From the NCBI GenBank assembly GCA_963837955.1, contig CAWIPH010000001.1, positions 448,001 through 512,000 of the forward strand: 64,000 bases of DNA, read 5' to 3'. Both the position numbers and the translations under genes were made by a program. Source of the stretch: an uncultured Verrucomicrobiae bacterium (GTDB lineage Bacteria > Verrucomicrobiota > Verrucomicrobiia > Chthoniobacterales > JAFAMB01). Position 1 is the stretch's first letter. The number at the start of each line of letters is the position of its first letter. Below, one piece after another: positions 58,406 through 64,000 of this stretch. The notes beneath the pieces were generated by a model. The model worked only from the letters and a program-made list of their open reading frames with translations, was not told the DNA's origin and searched no databases.

Positions 58406-59206
58406 CTAAAGCGATACTTCGAACCGTTGACGCTGCTCGAATCTCACGACGGAGCGGTATCCAACTTCTGTCGCGAGTTTGCGCGCGAGAGCGAATCCTT
58501 CCGTGAGCTCCGCTGGAGAATGCGCGTCGGAATTGATTACGATTGGGACACCGGCTTGGGCGCCAAGCTCGAGAAATTCCGGAGCCGGGTACATTTCGTT
58601 TACGGGTTTGCGCAATCCGGCGGTGTTGATTTCGAATGCGATGCCATGTTTCTGGAGAGCTCTGATGGCCGGTTCGTAATAGCGGCGCAAGTCTCCGGAA
58701 GGGCGGTGACCAAACTTCTTTGGCAGATCTGGATGCGCGACAAAGTCAAACAATTCAGACTCGATGCATCGAATGTAGTTCTGCCAATACAGATCCCAAA
58801 TTTCTTCGACGGGCTGACTTTCGAAACGGGAAATATGCTTCGGGTTATCGACGTCCCAACCGGGACTGATATAATGAACGCTACCGATCAGGTAGTCCCA
58901 CTTTGTCTCATTCGCGAGCTTTTCGATCCACCACTCGAATCCCGAAAGATAGTCGCATTCGAGTCCGAGCCGGACAGGAACTCCTGACGATCGAACTTCA
59001 TCGACGAACTCGAAATATTTCGGCAGCTCCGAAAAGTCCATGCGCCAATCGTCGAACTTTTCGGGCATCGGGTTGTGATCAGCAAATCCAAGTTCCGATA
59101 AACCGGCCTGGATTGCGGCTGCTGCGAATTCCGCCGGTGTGCCGACAGCGTGATGGCACAGCGGAGTGTGTACATGGTAGTCGGTCACGACAGTGTTTCT
59201 ACTCAT
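58406..59206 (-). CDS. Histidinol-phosphatase, HisJ/PHP family
   Basis: DYHVHT, ADH, GLECDY, IGSVH, AHPD, EINTAG, NSDAH. Confidence 0.9.
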   Translation of the reverse strand: MSRNTVVTDYHVHTPLCHHAVGTPAEFAAAAIQAGLSELGFADHNPMPEKFDDWRMDFSELPKYFEFVDEVRSSGVPVRLGLECDYLSGFEWWIEKLANETKWDYLIGSVHYISPGWDVDNPKHISRFESQPVEEIWDLYWQNYIRCIESELFDFVAHPDLPKKFGHRPSGDLRRYYEPAIRALQKHGIAFEINTAGLRKPVNEMYPAPEFLELGAQAGVPIVINSDAHSPAELTEGFALARKLATEVGYRSVVRFEQRQRFEVSL

Positions 59207-59369
59207 TAGTAAGACCAAATGCGGCTTAAGGCTGGGAAAACCAGGATCGGAAAGGCCACAATTTTAACAAGTTCCCCCAGATTCAAAGATTTACTACTGC
59301 TGGTGAACTTGCGCAGGAGGCAAAATTGGATTGTCCGCGGATTTGATATTTTTTAGGCTTGGCGCTTGC

Positions 59370-59840
59370 ATGAAAAGATTTCCGCCGACGTTTTTGTTCT
59401 TGGCTCTCTTCCTGTTCGGTTGTGCGAATCCCCCCGGTTGGTCAGGCGGTGCCCGCAATATTGTATTGCTGATCTGCAAAATTAGCCCGGAACAACAAAA
59501 GGTGGCCGAGGCAAACATTCAGCATTATCAGGCGCGAAAACATCCCCCAACGACCAACCGCTACGTTGCGGTTGACACGCTGAGACCAAACAAAAAACAA
59601 ACTGAGACCTACGCCAAGAAAGTCGCTTCGGAAAAGCAGAAAGCCGACTGGAACAGGGAAAAGCTTTCTGATCGTTGGGTCGAGCCGGCCAAGCTAAAGT
59701 GTGTGATGGTGTTCGACACGGTCTCCAAAGAATTTGTCGGATCAGGATGTTACGTGGTTGGGGTGACATTGCAGCCTGGCGAGGTCGACACTTTCGAGAC
59801 ACACAGCGCCGAGTATATCGGGTCCGGAAAGTTCGAGTGA
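59370..59840 (+). CDS. Hypothetical lipoprotein
   Basis: Lipobox LFGC; RYVAVDT, VMVFDT...VG..CY. Confidence 0.7.
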   Translation: MKRFPPTFLFLALFLFGCANPPGWSGGARNIVLLICKISPEQQKVAEANIQHYQARKHPPTTNRYVAVDTLRPNKKQTETYAKKVASEKQKADWNREKLSDRWVEPAKLKCVMVFDTVSKEFVGSGCYVVGVTLQPGEVDTFETHSAEYIGSGKFE

Positions 59841-60051
59841 TGAAAGTAGAAGCCCAGTACGAAGTGCTGGGAAATGATGCAACAAAGATGTCCGTCCCGC
59901 CAGGGACGATCGAAACGTTGGGCTCCTGTCTCTCTCGTAAGCAGTCGTCGATCGGCGCTTTTTCTGAATGCCAACCCAGCACTTCGTACTGGGCTACTTT
60001 CAGTAGTCCCTTCCTCCTCCGCCCTCCTGGCTACGGTGGACAAGCCGGGAC
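59840..60051. repeat. Second copy of the CGTC-type palindrome, right end interrupted by a small hairpin repeat
   Basis: AGCCCAGTACGAAGTGCTGGG/CCCAGCACTTCGTACTGGGCT; GTCCC[TTCCTCCTCCGCC...GGCTACGGTGGACAAG]CCGGGAC. Confidence 0.85.
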
Positions 60052-60123
60052 ACTCCTCTTCGAGTATCTTTTCCGCTTGTAATCGACGGTATTCGCGTTC
60101 AACGGACAAGCTCCGGCTCATCA

Positions 60124-62715
60124 CTACGAGGCCACGAGGTTCACAATTCTATTCGGAACCACCACAACTTTGCGGACAGTTTTTCCGCTTAAGCTTTCTT
60201 GAACCTTTGCTGAAGCTCGCGCGAGCTTTTCCAAGCTTACGTCATCCAGATCTTTGGCCACGGTCATTTTACCGCGCAATTTCCCGTTCACCTGGATAAT
60301 CACTTCGACTTCGTCCTGTACCAGATACTCTTCGCTCCAGACAGGCCAGGGCTGCTCTGAGACTAGACCGTCGAAACCGGAGAAACGGGTACCCAACTGA
60401 TGCCAAATTTCTTCGGCGAGATGCGGAGCAAACGGGCTGAGCAGAATAAGCAACGTGCGAATGGCCTCCAACGGTCGCTGTTCAACGTTGGTAAACGCGT
60501 TTACGCAAATCATCATCTGCGATATTGCAGTATTAAACGCGAGCGCTTCGATGTCTTGCGTCACTTTCTTGATCGTGGCGTGCACTACTCTCCGTTGCTG
60601 CTGCGAGGGTTCGATCTCGGCGAGTAACGGCGAAGGGCGCCAATTGCCTTCCTGATTTTCCTCCATTGCTAGCCTCCAGACGCGCGCTAGAAATCGATAC
60701 ACTCCTTCGACTCCGCTCATGCTCCATGGCTTGGTAGCTTCGAGTGGACCCATGAACATTTCGTAAAGACGCAGAGAGTCGGCGCCATACTCGGCGATGA
60801 TTTCGTCTGGGGTTACGACATTGCCCCGGCTCTTCGACATTTTCTGATTATCCTGGCCGAGAATCATCCCCTGGTTTACCAACCGCTGAAAGGGCTCGAT
60901 GGTGGAAACGTGTCCGAGATCGTAGAGCACCTTGTGCCAGAAGCGAGCGTACAAAAGATGCAGCACGGCATGTTCGGTACCGCCGATGTATAAATCGACT
61001 CCGCCCGGTTTTCCTCCACCCATCCAATATTTTTCTGCCGCTTGATCAGTGAACCGGTCCTGGATGTGCGGTCCGATATAGCGGAGGTAGTACCAACAGG
61101 AGCCTGCCCATTGCGGCATCGTGTTCAGTTCGCGGACAGCACCGTCGGGAAGTTTCTTCCACTCGTCAGCTTTCGACAATGGCGGATCGATCGTTCCGGT
61201 CGGACGATAGTCTTGGAGCGGCGGTGGTACGACAGGTAGAGAGCTCTCATCCAGAGCTTCGTGGTGACCGCCTCGCCAGACGATGGGAAACGGCTCGCCC
61301 CAATAACGTTGGCGAGAAAACAACCAATCCCGCAACTTGTAGCTAATTGAGCGTTTGCCAGCGCCTTTTTCTTCCAGCCAATCAATAATTTTTTGCTTCG
61401 CGTCGGCCGTCGGAAGGCCGTTCAGAAAATCTGAGTTGATCGAAGTGCCTTCCCCGATGAAACAGCCTTCGACCGGCGTTAGTGGCTTAACGACCTCCCG
61501 GATTTCCAGCCCAAATTTTTGAGCAAACTCAAAATCTCGATCGTCATGGGCCGGCACAGCCATGATGGCGCCCGTTCCGTAGCCAGCCAATACGTAGTCT
61601 GCGATCCAGACAGGAAGCTTCTCACCGTTCACCGGGTTTTTTACGAATCCCCCGGTAAAAACTCCGGTCTTTTCTTTGGCCAAATCGGTCCGTTCAAGAT
61701 CCGATTTCGCGGCCACCTCCTGTTGATAAGCCTGAACAGCAGCCTTCTGCTCTTTCGACGTGAAAAGATCGACGAGGGGGTGTTCCGGCGAAAGCACAAT
61801 ATAGGTGGCACCGAACAGAGTGTCCGGCCGCGTGGTAAAGACCGTCACTTTCGCCTTCCGCCGAGGGATCGAAAAATAGACTTCCGCTCCCTCACTTCGG
61901 CCAATCCAATTGCGCTGCAGAGCCTTGATTGACTCCGGCCAGTCTAGTCCTTCCAGCTCGTCAATTAAACGATCCGCGTAGGCAGTGATCCGAAGCATCC
62001 ATTGACGCATCGGGCGACGGACGACAGGGAAACCGCCTCGCTCGCTCTTGCCGTCGATGACTTCCTCGTTGGCCAGCACTGTACCTAGTTCCGGACACCA
62101 GTTCACCGGTGCGTCAGATACGTAGGCAAGCCGATGTTCATCCAGGAACGCACGACGCTCCTCGACCGATTCGCCCGGGTGCGTCTCTTTTCGCTTTGCT
62201 TCCAGTTCTGCTATTGGTCTTGCCGCGCTCAGGTTTGGATCAAACCAGGAATTGTATAGCTGCAAGAAAATCCACTGAGTCCAACGGTAATATTCCGGAT
62301 CCGTTGTGTTAATCTCGCGTTGCCAGTCGTAACTAAAACCGATCTGCTGCAGCTGTTTTTTGAAACGGCTGACGTTTTGGACCGTCGCTACCGAAGGGTG
62401 TTGTCCGGTATTAATGGCAAACTGTTCGGCTGGCAGCCCAAAGGCATCCCACCCTATTGGATGGAGCACATTAAACCCTCGCATCCGTTTGTATCGGGCC
62501 AGAATGTCCGTTGCCGTGTAGCCTTCCGGGTGCCCGACATGAAGACCTTCCCCGCTGGGGTAGGGGAACATATCCATCACGAAAAATTTCGTTTTTTTCG
62601 GATCAAACGACAGGTCCCCCGGATTTGGCGCGTGGAAAGTTTGATGCTCTATCCAGTACCGCTGCCACTTCGGTTCAAATTCCGGAAATGGATATTGTTT
62701 TCGTCGGTCACTCAT
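60124..62715 (-). CDS. leuS: Leucine--tRNA ligase
   Basis: [33 protein letters not shown]. Confidence 0.98.
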   Translation of the reverse strand: MSDRRKQYPFPEFEPKWQRYWIEHQTFHAPNPGDLSFDPKKTKFFVMDMFPYPSGEGLHVGHPEGYTATDILARYKRMRGFNVLHPIGWDAFGLPAEQFAINTGQHPSVATVQNVSRFKKQLQQIGFSYDWQREINTTDPEYYRWTQWIFLQLYNSWFDPNLSAARPIAELEAKRKETHPGESVEERRAFLDEHRLAYVSDAPVNWCPELGTVLANEEVIDGKSERGGFPVVRRPMRQWMLRITAYADRLIDELEGLDWPESIKALQRNWIGRSEGAEVYFSIPRRKAKVTVFTTRPDTLFGATYIVLSPEHPLVDLFTSKEQKAAVQAYQQEVAAKSDLERTDLAKEKTGVFTGGFVKNPVNGEKLPVWIADYVLAGYGTGAIMAVPAHDDRDFEFAQKFGLEIREVVKPLTPVEGCFIGEGTSINSDFLNGLPTADAKQKIIDWLEEKGAGKRSISYKLRDWLFSRQRYWGEPFPIVWRGGHHEALDESSLPVVPPPLQDYRPTGTIDPPLSKADEWKKLPDGAVRELNTMPQWAGSCWYYLRYIGPHIQDRFTDQAAEKYWMGGGKPGGVDLYIGGTEHAVLHLLYARFWHKVLYDLGHVSTIEPFQRLVNQGMILGQDNQKMSKSRGNVVTPDEIIAEYGADSLRLYEMFMGPLEATKPWSMSGVEGVYRFLARVWRLAMEENQEGNWRPSPLLAEIEPSQQQRRVVHATIKKVTQDIEALAFNTAISQMMICVNAFTNVEQRPLEAIRTLLILLSPFAPHLAEEIWHQLGTRFSGFDGLVSEQPWPVWSEEYLVQDEVEVIIQVNGKLRGKMTVAKDLDDVSLEKLARASAKVQESLSGKTVRKVVVVPNRIVNLVAS

Positions 62716-62761
62716 TGTTTTGTGGCTCGGGGCGGAGCAACCTTGGGGTGCTCTCTTCACG

Positions 62762-63349
62762 ATGCAAACACTTTTCATCGCGACCAGGAATCGACACAAG
62801 ACCCAGGAGATCGGTCAAATGTTGGGATCGAACTGGAACGTTCGCGATCTCACCTCGCTTCCGCATGCCCCGATTGTTGAGGAAACTGGAGACTCGTTCG
62901 AAGCAAATGCTCGACTGAAAGCGGTTACAATTTCCAAAGAGGTTGTGGGTCTGGTGTTAGCCGACGATTCTGGTTTGGTAGTGGACGCGTTAAACGGTGC
63001 ACCTGGGGTTCGATCCCAGCGGTTTGCAGGCCCAGAGGCTTCGGATGGGGACAATCGATTCAAGTTGCTCAATTTACTGCGAAACTTTCCAGCTGGCACG
63101 CAATTCCAGGCCCGATTTAGCTGTGCGATGGTATTAGCGAGCCAGGGCGAATTGCTTGGTTCATTTCAGGGCGCAGTCGAAGGCGAGGTTATACCTGCGG
63201 AACGTGGCTATGGGGGATTTGGGTACGACCCGTTGTTCATTCCGAAAGGTTACCGGCAGACATTTGGTGAACTCCCGCCGGAGATCAAAAACAGCCTGAG
63301 CCATCGCGCCCGTGCACTCGCGCAGGTGTTGGAGTTCCTGCGGAGCTAG
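62762..63349 (+). CDS. rdgB: Non-canonical purine NTP pyrophosphatase (RdgB/HAM1)
   Basis: [35 protein letters not shown]. Confidence 0.96.
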   Translation: MQTLFIATRNRHKTQEIGQMLGSNWNVRDLTSLPHAPIVEETGDSFEANARLKAVTISKEVVGLVLADDSGLVVDALNGAPGVRSQRFAGPEASDGDNRFKLLNLLRNFPAGTQFQARFSCAMVLASQGELLGSFQGAVEGEVIPAERGYGGFGYDPLFIPKGYRQTFGELPPEIKNSLSHRARALAQVLEFLRS

Positions 63350-63463
63350 CCGTCCGGTGTCGCCAATGGACTGCCTCGCCATACCGGCCTCGCGTTAATA
63401 CGCTGCTTTCGGAAGCAGCTACGGTTTGCCACCGATATCTGCTAGATTTCCGAGCTCTGATCC

Positions 63464-64000
63464 ATGGCTCGATGTTTCATAGCGCCCGAACTGATTCTCG
63501 ATTCGCGCCTGGCTCTTTTCCATAGCTCGGAGCGATGGCTGGCTGTTGCCGATCTTCATTACGGTTACGAGGTTAGCCAACGCCAGCGTGGGTTTCTGCT
63601 CCCGTTCTGGGGGATGCAGACAATTGAAGATCGATTACACGAGTTGGTGCGGGACTACGCCCCGACGGCGCTGATTCTTCTCGGAGACATTATCCATTCT
63701 GGCGTGGCTGAAGGCGAAGCAATGCGCTTCCTTGCCAATTTAGCGCTTCTCGGCCCGGAACTGTTGCTGATACGTGGAAATCATGATCGCGGTTTGCGCC
63801 AGCCTAAATTACAGAGCTCGGTTGCGCTTGGCCCTTATCTTTTCCATCACGGCCACCTACCCATGGATTGTGAGCCGCATATAGTTCAAATCGTCGGCCA
63901 TTTACATCCCAGTTGGTTGTTTTCCGATGGCGCCGGGAACCGTCTCCGCCTGCCGGCTCTCGTCCGAGTAACCAACCAAATTATTCTTCCAGCTTTTTCG
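63464..64000 (+). CDS. Metallophosphoesterase, PdeM/ICC-like (ligase-associated DNA damage response family); truncated by the window end
   Basis: My translation: ADLHYG, LLGDIIH, RGNHD, HHGH, GHLHP, ILPAFS. Confidence 0.85.
   Translation, partial: MARCFIAPELILDSRLALFHSSERWLAVADLHYGYEVSQRQRGFLLPFWGMQTIEDRLHELVRDYAPTALILLGDIIHSGVAEGEAMRFLANLALLGPELLLIRGNHDRGLRQPKLQSSVALGPYLFHHGHLPMDCEPHIVQIVGHLHPSWLFSDGAGNRLRLPALVRVTNQIILPAFS

Noticed and set aside
1..64000. tRNA, rRNA, riboswitch, prophage, integrase or intact IS
   Set aside because: None recognised by eye; a covariance-model scan would be needed to exclude small ncRNAs

Overview
64-kb segment of a bacterial chromosome. Gene content and repeat style suggest a soil Verrucomicrobiota (Chthoniobacterales/Spartobacteria-like) organism; this is inference, not a database result. 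Housekeeping genes (alr, efp, kdsD/kpsF, an htrA-family protease, recG, recJ, hisF, thiE, accBC, folP, hisJ-family phosphatase, leuS, rdgB) are interleaved with accessory genes. These include a six-gene copper operon (leader ORF, DUF2231-like membrane protein, lipoprotein, TolC, Tat multicopper oxidase, YHS protein), aldehyde-detox oxidoreductases, MFS/ABC transporters, regulators and a TIR-TM-TolB_N-TPR protein. No rRNA, tRNA, CRISPR array, prophage or intact transposase was recognised. The most notable observations are: (1) a CutF/CruR-like candidate copper-sensing leader (signal-like N-terminus, CxxHC, C-terminal xAPP) followed by a structured spacer; (2) dense, nested GTAG/GGAG/CGTC-type REP repeats with a truncated RAYT transposase, a one-ended 18-bp motif present four times, two genes bracketed by inverted repeat copies, and a yjgR stub that ends at a REP; (3) one repeat core, CCTCGACAAGCTCGG, expanded at two gene starts, once as an in-frame octapeptide repeat in kdsD and once as ATGA-chained mini-ORFs before an MFS gene.
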